DNA of 64,000 bases, taken from contig JANNQV010000020.1 in NCBI GenBank assembly GCA_031400935.1, forward strand, positions 1-64,000, given 5' to 3'. Position 1 is the first letter of the stretch; every line of letters begins with the position of its first letter. Both the position numbers and the translations under genes were made by a program. This document shows positions 45,943 through 55,814 of the stretch, in pieces. Below the pieces are notes generated by a model. That model had not been told where the DNA came from, made no database searches, and saw only the letters and a program-made list of their open reading frames with translations. This DNA is from Armatimonadota bacterium (lineage in GTDB: Bacteria > Armatimonadota > Fimbriimonadia > Fimbriimonadales > Fimbriimonadaceae).

Positions 45943-47760
45943 ATGTCCGAATTCAGAACATTCACCTACGACGTTCTCGTCATCGGCGCTGGAGGCGCCG
46001 GACTTCGAGCCGCCATCGAAGCCGCTGATTCGGGCGTCAAAGTCGGGTGCGCCTGCAAATCTCTACTCGGGAAAGCGCACACCGTAATGGCAGAAGGCGG
46101 CGTCGCCGCCGCCATAGGAAATGTGGACGACCGCGATAACTGGAAAGTCCACTTCACCGACACCATGCGCGGCGGGCAATACTTGAACAATCCACACATG
46201 GCGGAAATCCATGCTAAGGAGGCTCCAGCGCGAGTACTGGAATTGGAAGCCTGGGGCGCACTATTTGACCGAACAAAAGACGGCAAAATGCTTCAGCGCA
46301 ACTTCGGCGGGCACAAATATCCGCGACTAGCGCACGTCGGAGACCGTACCGGGCTTGAAATCATTCGCACACTCCAAGATCACGCGATTCACAAAGGAAT
46401 CGAGTTCCACATGGAATGCACGATTACGAAGCTGCTCACAAAGGATGGGAAGATCACGGGGGCGTTCGGCTACATGCGTGAGCATGGGCAATTTGTCGTT
46501 TTCCAAGCAAAATCCATCGTAATGGCGACGGGCGGAATCGGAAAAGCGTTTTCAATTACTTCGAATTCATGGGAATACACCGCGGATGGACACGCGCTTG
46601 CCTACCAGGCTGGTGCTGATCTCATGGATATGGAATTTGTCCAATTTCACCCTACGGGAATGGTCTGGCCGCCTTCGGTTCGCGGAATTTTGGTAACAGA
46701 AGGCGTTCGAGGCGAGGGCGGGGTTCTTCGAAACAGCGAAGGGAAACGATTCATGTTCGACGACATCCCCGACAACTACAAGAATCAAACAGCAACCGAC
46801 GAAGAGGAAGGTTGGAGGTACGTTTGCGGTGATAAGGACGCCAACCGCCCGCCCGAACTGCTCACCCGCGACCACGTTGCCCGGTGCATCAATCGAGAAG
46901 TCAAGGCCGGTCGAGGATCGCCTCATGGCGGCGTTTTCCTAGATATTGCGTGGATCAAATCGCGCGTTCCCAACGGCGAAGAGCACATCAAAAAGAAACT
47001 CCCAGCGATGTACCACCAGTTCAAAGAGCTTGCTGGAGTGGACATCACCCAAGAGGTAATGGAAGTTGGGCCGACTTGCCACTACATCATGGGCGGAATA
47101 AGGGTGGACGCCTTCACCCAAATGTCAACGGTTCCGGGTCTTTTTGCGGCTGGAGAATGCGCGGCGGGCCTTCACGGTGCAAACCGCTTGGGCGGCAATT
47201 CGCTTTCCGACCTGCTAGTTTTTGGCAAACGGGCGGGAGAACATGCCGCGATTTATGCGAGCGGCTCTTCGAAAGAAGTGGCAGTCGAAGAGTCTCAAGT
47301 CAAGGATGCGGCTGCTTTTGCCGAAGAGCCATTTGGACGAACCGCCACCGAGGACAACGCTTTTCGAGTTCAACGGGAGCTTCAGGAGAAAATGCATGAG
47401 CATGTTGGAATTGTTCGCAACCAGGCTGAAATGGAAGCCGCATTGCCCCTGATCGAGCAGTTTTGGAACAGGGCGAAAGGCGTTTCGGTGGAAGGGAATC
47501 GCGACTTCAATCCGGGTTGGCATACCGCTCTCGACCTTCCCAACCTTCTAACCATTTCAGAAGCAATTGTTCGTTCAGCCATGTCTCGCACCGAGAGCCG
47601 GGGCGGGCATTTCCGCGAAGATTTCCCAGACAAAGATGCTGAGCAAGCGAAGTTCAATACCGTTGTTCGAAGGAAATCAGACGGTTCGATGGGAATCGTA
47701 AAAGAACCTCTCATCGCAAAGAATGATGACCAAATAGCGGTTATCGAAGAAATGGGCTAG
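45943..47760 (+). CDS. sdhA: Succinate dehydrogenase/fumarate reductase flavoprotein
   Basis: GAGGAG, AHTVMAEGG (covalent FAD His), QFHPT, HGANRLGGNSL, ESRGGH. Confidence 0.95.
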   Translation: MSEFRTFTYDVLVIGAGGAGLRAAIEAADSGVKVGCACKSLLGKAHTVMAEGGVAAAIGNVDDRDNWKVHFTDTMRGGQYLNNPHMAEIHAKEAPARVLELEAWGALFDRTKDGKMLQRNFGGHKYPRLAHVGDRTGLEIIRTLQDHAIHKGIEFHMECTITKLLTKDGKITGAFGYMREHGQFVVFQAKSIVMATGGIGKAFSITSNSWEYTADGHALAYQAGADLMDMEFVQFHPTGMVWPPSVRGILVTEGVRGEGGVLRNSEGKRFMFDDIPDNYKNQTATDEEEGWRYVCGDKDANRPPELLTRDHVARCINREVKAGRGSPHGGVFLDIAWIKSRVPNGEEHIKKKLPAMYHQFKELAGVDITQEVMEVGPTCHYIMGGIRVDAFTQMSTVPGLFAAGECAAGLHGANRLGGNSLSDLLVFGKRAGEHAAIYASGSSKEVAVEESQVKDAAAFAEEPFGRTATEDNAFRVQRELQEKMHEHVGIVRNQAEMEAALPLIEQFWNRAKGVSVEGNRDFNPGWHTALDLPNLLTISEAIVRSAMSRTESRGGHFREDFPDKDAEQAKFNTVVRRKSDGSMGIVKEPLIAKNDDQIAVIEEMG

Positions 47761-47906
47761 GCATGGACGCTTGGTCCCAAAAGATCTCCTAGCGCTCAGA
47801 GCGTATTAGAATGGCCTTCAATTGCAGTTGCGAACTAGAACGCAAACAGATTTCCTTGCTCATTTTTCGGCGACGTGAATCCGACTCAACCGAGTAGCCT
47901 TACCAA

Positions 47907-48719
47907 ATGAAAAACGACGAATATGTCCTAGGCGTCCAGGACGAAGAAGTGGAACGCCTCGGAATTCAGCACCAGGTTTGGCGCCCAATGATGCTGTATT
48001 GCTGGAAACGTGCCGGCCTATTGCCAGGACATAAGGCTCTCGATGTTGGTGCAGGGCCGGGGTTTGCAACAGTTGATCTCGCACAATTCGTAGGTGAATC
48101 AGGCAGGGTGGACGCCGTGGAACGCTCTCAAAAGTTCTGCGCTATCGGTTCAAAGCGCTGTACAGACCTTGGAAAAACAAACGTAACTTTTCATAATCGT
48201 GACCTGATTGATGATCCGCTTCCTGGATCGGATTATGATTTCGCTTGGTGCCGCTGGGTTTTTGCATTCATGAATGATCCGAGGCACGTTGTTGAAAAGG
48301 TATGCACGTCGTTAAAGCCAGGTGGAATTTTTGCGATATACGAATATGTTCAATACGACACTTGGCGATGCATTCCAGAAAGGCCGATGATTTCAGAGTT
48401 TGTTGGAATCGTCATGAAGCAATGGCGAGATGCAGGAGGCGAACCAGACATTGCCCGCGAGCTTCCACAGTTGCTCGGTGATATGGGAATGAAGATTGAA
48501 TATACAGAGCCTATTGTTTTTCGTATGACACCAGCCAACTTTTCTTGGAATTGGCCAGCAAAATTTATCCGAAATCAAACGCTTGCACTTGTCGAGCAAG
48601 GGCTAATGAGCCAAGACCAATGCGAACTAATCTTGATCCAATTGGAAGAAGCCGAGCGAGACCCGAACAGCCTCATGATCTCGCCTCTTGTTTTAGAAAT
48701 TGTGGCAAGAAAATTATGA
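47907..48719 (+). CDS. Class I SAM-dependent methyltransferase
   Basis: EYVLG...EVERL, LDVGAGPG, LKPGG. Confidence 0.88.
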   Translation: MKNDEYVLGVQDEEVERLGIQHQVWRPMMLYCWKRAGLLPGHKALDVGAGPGFATVDLAQFVGESGRVDAVERSQKFCAIGSKRCTDLGKTNVTFHNRDLIDDPLPGSDYDFAWCRWVFAFMNDPRHVVEKVCTSLKPGGIFAIYEYVQYDTWRCIPERPMISEFVGIVMKQWRDAGGEPDIARELPQLLGDMGMKIEYTEPIVFRMTPANFSWNWPAKFIRNQTLALVEQGLMSQDQCELILIQLEEAERDPNSLMISPLVLEIVARKL

Positions 48720-48742
48720 TTTGAACTGCTGAGCGTCTGAGT

Positions 48743-51454
48743 TCATTTCTTCACTTTTTTAGTCACAGAATAACTAAAAATCGCTTGGCCGTTGAATTTG
48801 TCTAGTGGACCGAAAGTAAAGTTTATGGTTCCAGACCCGAAGTAGTTCATCCATCCTGGGGTGTATATGTCCGGCGTCTCTTGCAATGGGATGACAAGTG
48901 GTTTGTCCTTGTCGAAAGGTGCCCTGAACTTGATGTCGTCAAAAATTCCAACGTAAGGGTCGCCTTTTGCCTTGAGACCCCCACCGCTCTTGAAATACTT
49001 TACTTTGGTACTGGCGATTCCAATCACGCTTGCAGTTTTTTTCACCAAATCAAGATCAACGCGAAACATCATAAATGTGCCGTCAGGTCCCTCTTTTACA
49101 AAAACGCCATCGTAATCTCCAATCCATGACGTGCGATCTTCTTTGGCTTCTTTCTCGCAGCCATCTGGCATTCGAAAAAACAGATTGTCATTAATCACAA
49201 TTTTTGCAGTTCCCGGAATTTTGCCCTCAAATGTCTTTATCTTCGCCATTTCTGCAAACTTTTTCATCGCCTCTTCCATATCAGCGCGATCTTTTTTACT
49301 CAGACTTCCCAAAATGCTTGGATCAACTTGCTGAACTTCCTGCCCACCGCTACCTTTCATTCCTACGTCACGAAACTCAACAGAACGATCAATGTTCCAT
49401 ATGATTGCTGAACTCTGTGTCAATTCTCTTCCGTTTCCCTTCACTTCGATTTTGAATTGGCCAATGTTCTCACCTTCTATCCAGTCTCGAACTCGTAAAT
49501 TCATGTGGGCTGTGCCAGTCCACTTTAGACGATAGAGCATTTCCGTCAGCGGAGTTATGAAACCGATTGGTCCGCCGCGAATACCGATGGCGCCGAGTAC
49601 GGCATCCACCAAGTCCTGCTTCATTTCAACCGCTTTCATCTGGGGCGTAACTTTGATCCAAACCTGCTTTTCAACTGCAATAATGTTTTGCCGGTCGAGC
49701 ACTTTCGATTGGGGTGCTCCGTCAAAATCCACTCTTGCTTCTCCTTTATCATTTGTTCGAACTTTGTCTAAACCACCGCTTCCCCGTGCGGCCCAAACCA
49801 ATTGCTTGGTAGGCAGCATGTTCTGATTTAGCATCCAGAAAGTCTCGATCCCCTTGAGATCGCCGGACTTCTCCATGTCAAGGTCGAGACCGGTTAGTGA
49901 AACCAGTGCGCGGTTGTCTTTCATCCAATCCGTTATTCTAAATCCATCTATAGAGAATTTCGCAACTACTGTGCGCCTGTCCCCAGGATCACGATCAGTA
50001 GTCCGTATCAAGGGCTCGCCTTGAACAACCCACATCTTTGATTTTAGGCAGACATAAGATGCAATGAACTTGGCCACGGTCAGAAGTGCGTTTGCCCTTC
50101 CGATGAATTGGTTTGCCCTTCCCAAAACTGTTTCGCCAGCGTCCATAATTCCAATTGTTGCTTCCCAGAGTCCAGTAACGCCCCCGACAAATGCGTCCTC
50201 CGCCCAGCCTGGTGCCTCTGGCTCCTGCGGAACAGGATTCAACGAAGCAAAAAGATCGGAATTCTGCTGTTTGTGGATCCACTTCCTTATCGGCCCGCCG
50301 ATCTCTTCGGTGACCACACGGAGAATGAAAAGGGTCTGAATTGAGTCCAGGACCGTGCCATTTTCACCAAATGCAACGCCAGACTTCTGTGGATTTTCGA
50401 AGTACAATTGATGAAGAAAATGGGTTAGTGCACGCACCGAGGGGTTTCCCGAAATGAACCCATTTCTGAGCCAACTGACTATATGAGGGCCGCAAGAAGA
50501 ACTACTTCCGACACCTTTGAAAATCACGTCAATTGCCGAGATGAGGTTCACAAGTTCGCCCTCTTGGCGAGCATTGAACATCTCTGCATATTCCTTGATT
50601 TCCGTATCAGTGATGGCTAAGAATAAAGGCGGGGAACCCAGGGCAGCGGCAACCTTAGCTCTCTCTTCCGTCCAAATGACGAATCCGCATAGCTTGGCGG
50701 CTTCAGTGAGCAAAGCAACTGTGTTGGCCTTTGGGTCTTGAATCAGCTTAGCGATTTCCGCCAGCCGATCAAGCCGTGCCGACCCCATTGAATCTTCTTG
50801 CCATAGGCCAGCTCGAAAAGTGTTCGGTACGGATGCAGATGGAGTGTTTTCGCCGGGCTTTACGGTTCCAGGTGGAGATTCTCCTGGCTTGACTGGAGGT
50901 ACGGTGGCACCGCTAGCTGGAGGATTGCCAGTTGGATTTGCAGTTGGCTGCGCACCGCCCTCTACAAGTTCAAACGAGCCAAACATTTCATATACTTCAT
51001 GTTGCCGCTTTTCCATATAGTCGAAATCGTTGCTTTGGTACCAAACGCAAAAAAACTTATCTTTGAAAGAGAGTCCGATAACAAGAATGTATCCTTCGCC
51101 GCTTCCCTCTTTGTAAGCTCCAGAACGTATGAGTACGTCAATTCCGGACATTTTCCGGCTGGCCATCTCGCTCATGCGCAGGATTTGATGGCCTCCGGTA
51201 ATGGTTCGATTCCAACGCCGGTTGTACCAAGGGCGAAAACCATCCTTGTCGGACTCCTCAGGGAATATCTTTATCGTGCAAGTTTTACCGGAAGGAAGAT
51301 CGGAGGGGACAAAAATTGCAACCGTCGGTCCAGATGCTTCAGCTCTAATCCATCCTTTTGGCGGCGAAAACCGAAGGCTACCTATTCTCGCTTGATCTTG
51401 AGCTTGTGGCACAAGGTTCATGGCCACAGCGACGACGAATAAGAGCGTTTTCAT
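48743..51454 (-). CDS. Large (~900 aa) secreted hypothetical protein
   Basis: Signal peptide from ATG 51454; PsbP-like N-terminal domain (FSPPKGW), Pro-rich linker, large unknown domain. Confidence 0.7.
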   Translation of the reverse strand: MKTLLFVVAVAMNLVPQAQDQARIGSLRFSPPKGWIRAEASGPTVAIFVPSDLPSGKTCTIKIFPEESDKDGFRPWYNRRWNRTITGGHQILRMSEMASRKMSGIDVLIRSGAYKEGSGEGYILVIGLSFKDKFFCVWYQSNDFDYMEKRQHEVYEMFGSFELVEGGAQPTANPTGNPPASGATVPPVKPGESPPGTVKPGENTPSASVPNTFRAGLWQEDSMGSARLDRLAEIAKLIQDPKANTVALLTEAAKLCGFVIWTEERAKVAAALGSPPLFLAITDTEIKEYAEMFNARQEGELVNLISAIDVIFKGVGSSSSCGPHIVSWLRNGFISGNPSVRALTHFLHQLYFENPQKSGVAFGENGTVLDSIQTLFILRVVTEEIGGPIRKWIHKQQNSDLFASLNPVPQEPEAPGWAEDAFVGGVTGLWEATIGIMDAGETVLGRANQFIGRANALLTVAKFIASYVCLKSKMWVVQGEPLIRTTDRDPGDRRTVVAKFSIDGFRITDWMKDNRALVSLTGLDLDMEKSGDLKGIETFWMLNQNMLPTKQLVWAARGSGGLDKVRTNDKGEARVDFDGAPQSKVLDRQNIIAVEKQVWIKVTPQMKAVEMKQDLVDAVLGAIGIRGGPIGFITPLTEMLYRLKWTGTAHMNLRVRDWIEGENIGQFKIEVKGNGRELTQSSAIIWNIDRSVEFRDVGMKGSGGQEVQQVDPSILGSLSKKDRADMEEAMKKFAEMAKIKTFEGKIPGTAKIVINDNLFFRMPDGCEKEAKEDRTSWIGDYDGVFVKEGPDGTFMMFRVDLDLVKKTASVIGIASTKVKYFKSGGGLKAKGDPYVGIFDDIKFRAPFDKDKPLVIPLQETPDIYTPGWMNYFGSGTINFTFGPLDKFNGQAIFSYSVTKKVKK

Positions 51455-51551
51455 TAAGCAATAGTTCGATATTATCTCGAATTCTCCTCTATTGAGGAGG
51501 AAACCAGCAAACCGAGAGGGCGTTTTGCGGCGCGAGGAGTATAATTCGAGC

Positions 51552-52298
51552 GTGGCCGAAGCGACATTTCGAATCTGGCGCGGAAAAGACGGCGCGGGCA
51601 ATTTTGAAGACTACAAAACAGAAGTCGGAGAAGGCATGGTCGTGCTAGATGCAGTTCATCAAATCCAGTCGGAATCGGCCCCTGACTTGGCCTGCCGATG
51701 GAACTGCAAGGCCGGAAAATGCGGTTCGTGCTCCGCTGAAGTTAACGGAATGCCGAAGCTCATGTGCATGGCGCGGCTTAGCGATTTGAACCTTGATGAG
51801 CCTGTCACCATCGAGCCAATGAAGACGTTTCCGCACACGAAAGACCTCGTGACCGACGTCTCTTGGAATTTCGAAACGAAGAAGCGGATCAAACCGTTCA
51901 AGCCCCGAAAACCCGACAATGCCGACGGAACTTGGACGATTTATCAAGAAGACATTGAGCGGGCGCAAGAATTTCGAAAGTGCATCGAATGCTTTTTGTG
52001 CCAGAACGTGTGCCATGTATTGAGGGAGCACGACAAATTCGACGGCTTCATCGGGCCGCGATTGCTGATCCATTCAGCGCAGCTCGAAATGAACCCGCTG
52101 GATACGGAAGACCGCCGAACCGAGCTCAAAGAGGAGTTCGGGATTGGATATTGCAACATCACAAAATGCTGCACCGTAGTTTGTCCGGAGCACATCAAGA
52201 TCACCGATAACGCGATCATTCCGCTGAAAGAGCGGGTGGCAGACCTGTTTTACGATCCTGTGGCAAAGCTATTTCGAGTTTTTGCTGGCAAAAAATAA
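51552..52298 (+). CDS. sdhB: Succinate dehydrogenase/fumarate reductase iron-sulfur subunit
   Basis: CKAGKCGSC, CIECFLCQNVC, CNITKCCTVVCP; GTG 51552 lies 6 nt after TATAAT. Confidence 0.93.
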   Translation: MAEATFRIWRGKDGAGNFEDYKTEVGEGMVVLDAVHQIQSESAPDLACRWNCKAGKCGSCSAEVNGMPKLMCMARLSDLNLDEPVTIEPMKTFPHTKDLVTDVSWNFETKKRIKPFKPRKPDNADGTWTIYQEDIERAQEFRKCIECFLCQNVCHVLREHDKFDGFIGPRLLIHSAQLEMNPLDTEDRRTELKEEFGIGYCNITKCCTVVCPEHIKITDNAIIPLKERVADLFYDPVAKLFRVFAGKK

Positions 52299-52789
52299 TG
52301 GAACTGAAGCATATCTCGCATGAATCGGTACCAAGAGCGTTGGCTCTTGCTGAACGGTACCGCTTACTCAATGAACCTGAGCAGGCGGCAAGCATTTGCG
52401 AAGATGTGCTTAGCGTTGAACCTGAAAACCAAGATGCGCTTTTCCATTTGCTCCTTGCTTTAACCGAACAATTTGGAAGAAAACGCGGCGTTACTTGTCA
52501 AAAAGCGGAACAAGTGGCGAACCGCATGACCGATGAATACAAACGCACCTACTTTCGAGGCGTTGTTTTTGAAAGATGGGGACGCTCGAAATTGGAGGAT
52601 GGCTCGCCAGCCCGGTTCGCAGCCGATTGGCTCCATAAAGCCATGGAGCATTATGAGGATGCAGAGAAAATCCGGCCAGATGGCGATGACGCCGCGCTTT
52701 TGAGGTGGAACACCTGCGCTAGGTTGATGCACGACACTCCCGAACTAATGAACGACCCAGCCATCCAAGACATTCAGTTTGGGGATTGA
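52298..52789 (+). CDS. Helical-repeat (TPR-like) hypothetical protein coupled to sdhB
   Basis: TAATG stop/start overlap with sdhB; AERYRLLNEP, LRWNTCAR. Confidence 0.75.
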   Translation: MELKHISHESVPRALALAERYRLLNEPEQAASICEDVLSVEPENQDALFHLLLALTEQFGRKRGVTCQKAEQVANRMTDEYKRTYFRGVVFERWGRSKLEDGSPARFAADWLHKAMEHYEDAEKIRPDGDDAALLRWNTCARLMHDTPELMNDPAIQDIQFGD

Positions 52790-52794
52790 GAAAA

Positions 52795-52837
52795 TGGTGG
52801 GCGGTATTGGACTTGAACCTACGACCCCTACAGTGTC
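52795..52837 (-). repeat. att site: duplicated 3' half of tRNA-Val(GAC)
   Basis: 43-bp match (1 mismatch) to 59447-59489, running from the anticodon to the CCA. Confidence 0.95.
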
Positions 52838-53004
52838 CTGGTCATCTATGGCCGTTCATCATCTGCTCTCAGGTTCAAAAAGCACCCCAGGAGACCCCGA
52901 AAAACCCCATTTCGCCGATTTATAGGGTTCAGGAAGGCAAAGGCAGTTGAACAGTGTTTTCAAGGGGCACTCAGATCCTTTTGCAGGCGGTTGCCCCGCC
53001 TATA

Positions 53005-54504
53005 TCAGTCACCACTTTTCGATGCGCTCAGAATCCCCCTGAGCATGCCACTGAAAACAATCCCATGGAGCGGTAGCACTGAATACCAATAAAGAATCCC
53101 TGCCAACCCCCGAGGACGAAACCGTGCGGTCATCGTCAGACGGCTTCCGGAGCTTGGTGCCAACAGCGGCTCTACTTCAAAGCTCAATGTAGCGAGGCCG
53201 GGGAGCCGCATCTCTGCGGTCAAGATCAATAGGGTTTTAGGATGAATGTCGCTGACGCGCCAAAAATCCAGCGCGTCACCGAGACGCAGGTCCTTCGCGT
53301 CTCTTCTCCCCCGTCGAAGGCCTGGGCCTCCCCATAACCGGTCAATCGCACCTCGAATCCGCCAGAGCCAATCGGCAGCGTAATAGCCTCGATCCCCGCC
53401 AAGGGAGCTAACTGCCGACCACACAGCCGCAGGTGTGGCCGACGAGGTCATTTCGCGGCGGTCAATAAATTCGGTTCCACCTGCCCAAGATGGATCGCCG
53501 AGCATGACTCCCGCGTCTGACCATGCTGTCTCTATCGACCCGGTTCTTACTTGGGATATCGCGGCGTCCATTGCCTGCCGGATTGTAAGGCACTCGTGCG
53601 GCATGAGTCGAATGGCTTCGTCGGTGCGGCACACCACCCGATTTCGAAGACCTTCAGCAAGGGGCCGCGCGATGCTCGCCTGTAAGGGAGTGACGAGATG
53701 TATCCAGAGCGAGCTGAGTCGCGGAGTTAGCACGGGAACACGGATCACGAGCCGGCTTCGAAGGCCGAGAGCCGAAGCCATCTCTCGCATGATCTGCGCA
53801 TAGGAGAACACATCGGGGCCGCCAATGTCGAGGGTCTTCCCAATCGTGGCCGGCGTCTCCAGGGCAGCAACCATGTAGAACAGCACGTCGGTTACAGCGA
53901 TAGGCTGCGACTCTGTGTCAACCCATTTTGGAGTGACCATGACTGGTAGCCGCTCGACCAGGTAGCGCAGGATTTCAAAAGAAGCCGAGCCTGATCCAAT
54001 GATCATCGCTGCCCGGAGTACGGTTACGGGCACGCCGCCAATACCTAACGACTTTTCCACTTCACGTCGAGATGAGAGATGTTCGCTAAGACCTTCGCCT
54101 GTCTCTCCCAAACCACCTAAGTAGATTATCCGGGACACACCAGCTGCAGCAGCTGCCCTCCCGAAGTTCTCTGCGATCTGCAGATCATGCGATCGATATT
54201 CAGATCCTGCGACATGCATCGAATGGACAAGATAGTAGGCATCGCTGCAACCGCGCATCGCGTTCTCCAGCACAGCCTCATCGCCCGCATCTCCCTCGAC
54301 GACTTCTACCCCCTCCTGCGTCGCCCAAGGGCGAGCCATAACTTTCGCGGAACTGCGGGCAAGGCACCTTATCCGGAAGCCACCTTCGAGGAGGCGCGGA
54401 GCCAGCCTTCCTCCAATGTAGCCGGTCGCTCCAGTAAGGAAGACTCTGGCTCCGATGTGTATGGGTTTCTGTTTAACCTGCTCTTTCATTGCTTCTGTTG
54501 ACAT
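53005..54504 (-). CDS. NAD(P)H-binding SDR-like protein with C-terminal DUF2867 (YbjT-like)
   Basis: TGATGYIGG, YYLVHS, RAAMIIGSGSASFE, DALDFWRV, AEMRLPG. Confidence 0.88.
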   Translation of the reverse strand: MSTEAMKEQVKQKPIHIGARVFLTGATGYIGGRLAPRLLEGGFRIRCLARSSAKVMARPWATQEGVEVVEGDAGDEAVLENAMRGCSDAYYLVHSMHVAGSEYRSHDLQIAENFGRAAAAAGVSRIIYLGGLGETGEGLSEHLSSRREVEKSLGIGGVPVTVLRAAMIIGSGSASFEILRYLVERLPVMVTPKWVDTESQPIAVTDVLFYMVAALETPATIGKTLDIGGPDVFSYAQIMREMASALGLRSRLVIRVPVLTPRLSSLWIHLVTPLQASIARPLAEGLRNRVVCRTDEAIRLMPHECLTIRQAMDAAISQVRTGSIETAWSDAGVMLGDPSWAGGTEFIDRREMTSSATPAAVWSAVSSLGGDRGYYAADWLWRIRGAIDRLWGGPGLRRGRRDAKDLRLGDALDFWRVSDIHPKTLLILTAEMRLPGLATLSFEVEPLLAPSSGSRLTMTARFRPRGLAGILYWYSVLPLHGIVFSGMLRGILSASKSGD

Positions 54505-54526
54505 TGAATGTGTCTTAGGCCGTAAA

Positions 54527-55030
54527 CTATATCTGCCGAGAGTCGTATGCCCAGTGGAGTAGTGCCTGACGTTGCCTGGGTCTACATTTCCAGTTTCCGT
54601 GTTCGCAGTTCTTCCTGACTTGGGCCACATGCCTTGCCATGGCCCGCCATCTTTTGATTTGGCGCTCGTCATCCTCGCACCTTCGGCCGTTGTAGTATCG
54701 ACAATACCACTGAAACCACCCTCGCGGGTCGTCTGGGTGGATCCAGCCCTTTTCGCGCCAGTAGGACAGAGGTTTCGAAGCGTTGACGCCAAAGAAATTC
54801 AAGCTCGGGTTGTGCCTTTCGTGGCACAGCTTAGCGTTCTCAAACCAATCAGCTGGAAATTCCCCGGTGCAATCGGTGAGGTACTTCCCGCCAAAGACTC
54901 CAAGCTCCAGCATCTCTTTCGGGGTAAGTTCAGGTCGAAAACGAGGATCGAAGTGAGCGCCCTCGGGCTGTGACAGTTCGTAGCAATAGCGCTGCATGCG
55001 ATCGTTCGCCTCGATAATCTTACGGCTCAT
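54527..55030 (-). CDS. Conserved hypothetical Trp/Arg-rich protein
   Basis: LTPKEMLELGVFGG, DPRGWFQWYCRYY.GRR..DDERQI.RW, RQALLHWAYD. Confidence 0.8.
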   Translation of the reverse strand: MSRKIIEANDRMQRYCYELSQPEGAHFDPRFRPELTPKEMLELGVFGGKYLTDCTGEFPADWFENAKLCHERHNPSLNFFGVNASKPLSYWREKGWIHPDDPRGWFQWYCRYYNGRRCEDDERQIKRWRAMARHVAQVRKNCEHGNWKCRPRQRQALLHWAYDSRQI

Positions 55031-55301
55031 TCCGATGCCCCTCGCCATAGCTACCGCGCGTCTCTGGGGCAACCGCTACCTGGCCTTGTAATAGCGACTG
55101 TATTCGGTGCAAATCCTCGCGAATGGACTGCGAGTCCGACGTGTTCTTATGCGACATCATGATGAGTTTAATCGAGACCAGTAGCACGCCCGCCTCCAAT
55201 AGCAGTTCTTTGCCAATGCCCTTGACCGACAGCGCAACGGCGAATAGTATGAACGTAGCCGCAATAATGATCGTGGTACCAGTGTCGAGTTTATTCTTCA
55301 T
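55020..55301 (-). CDS. Small membrane protein
   Basis: Two hydrophobic helices; overlaps the next gene. Confidence 0.65.
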   Translation of the reverse strand: MKNKLDTGTTIIIAATFILFAVALSVKGIGKELLLEAGVLLVSIKLIMMSHKNTSDSQSIREDLHRIQSLLQGQVAVAPETRGSYGEGHRNEP

Positions 55302-55317
55302 CCCTTTCTCCAATTAG

Positions 55318-55791
55318 TTACATAAAACTCGGATTGAGCCGCCAAAGGGCTCCGTTTAGAACTGCCGCAAAGGACACCCAAAGGAGGTAGGGGATCAAGA
55401 GGGCTCCTGCAGCTGGGCTTGCACGCCAGAAGGTTACGATTAATGCCAGGATGGCGACCCACAGCCCCAGGATCGTGGTCATTGATCCCAATCCAGACTC
55501 CCACTTGAAGAATGTCCAGCTCCACAGTGCGTTCAGCAAAAGCTGAGCTAGAAAGAGGCCCAAAAGAGCCTTCTTGTTCGACGCTCCGCTTTGATACACC
55601 AGCCACCCGGCTGTTGCCATCAACACGTAAAGAAGCGTCCAAACCGGACCAAAAACTCCCGATGGCGGTGCCCAAGGCGGCTGGACCAGTCGGCCATAGA
55701 AGTCTGCCGCCGTGATCGAAGCCGCGCTTCCGACCACTGCAGCAACCGCCGTTGCGCCGAAAGTTGTCAAGAGGCCGGCTATGATTCTCAT
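55318..55791 (-). CDS. tspO: TspO/MBR tryptophan-rich sensory protein
   Basis: PPWAPP..VFGPVWTLLY, LNALWSWTFF, LIPYLLWVSFA..LN. Confidence 0.92.
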   Translation of the reverse strand: MRIIAGLLTTFGATAVAAVVGSAASITAADFYGRLVQPPWAPPSGVFGPVWTLLYVLMATAGWLVYQSGASNKKALLGLFLAQLLLNALWSWTFFKWESGLGSMTTILGLWVAILALIVTFWRASPAAGALLIPYLLWVSFAAVLNGALWRLNPSFM

Positions 55792-55814
55792 GGTCTAATG
55801 CTCCAACAAGCTTC

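Noticed and set aside
52795..52837. Second tRNA-Val gene
   Set aside because: Only the 3' half is present (no D arm or 5' acceptor strand); interpreted as an att site
54505..54792. N-terminal extension of the 595-aa ORF (likewise the extensions of ORFs listed to 39792, 41684, 44753 and 51601, and from 51492)
   Set aside because: They overlap neighbouring genes or repeats; downstream starts fit domain boundaries, signal peptides and promoter spacing better
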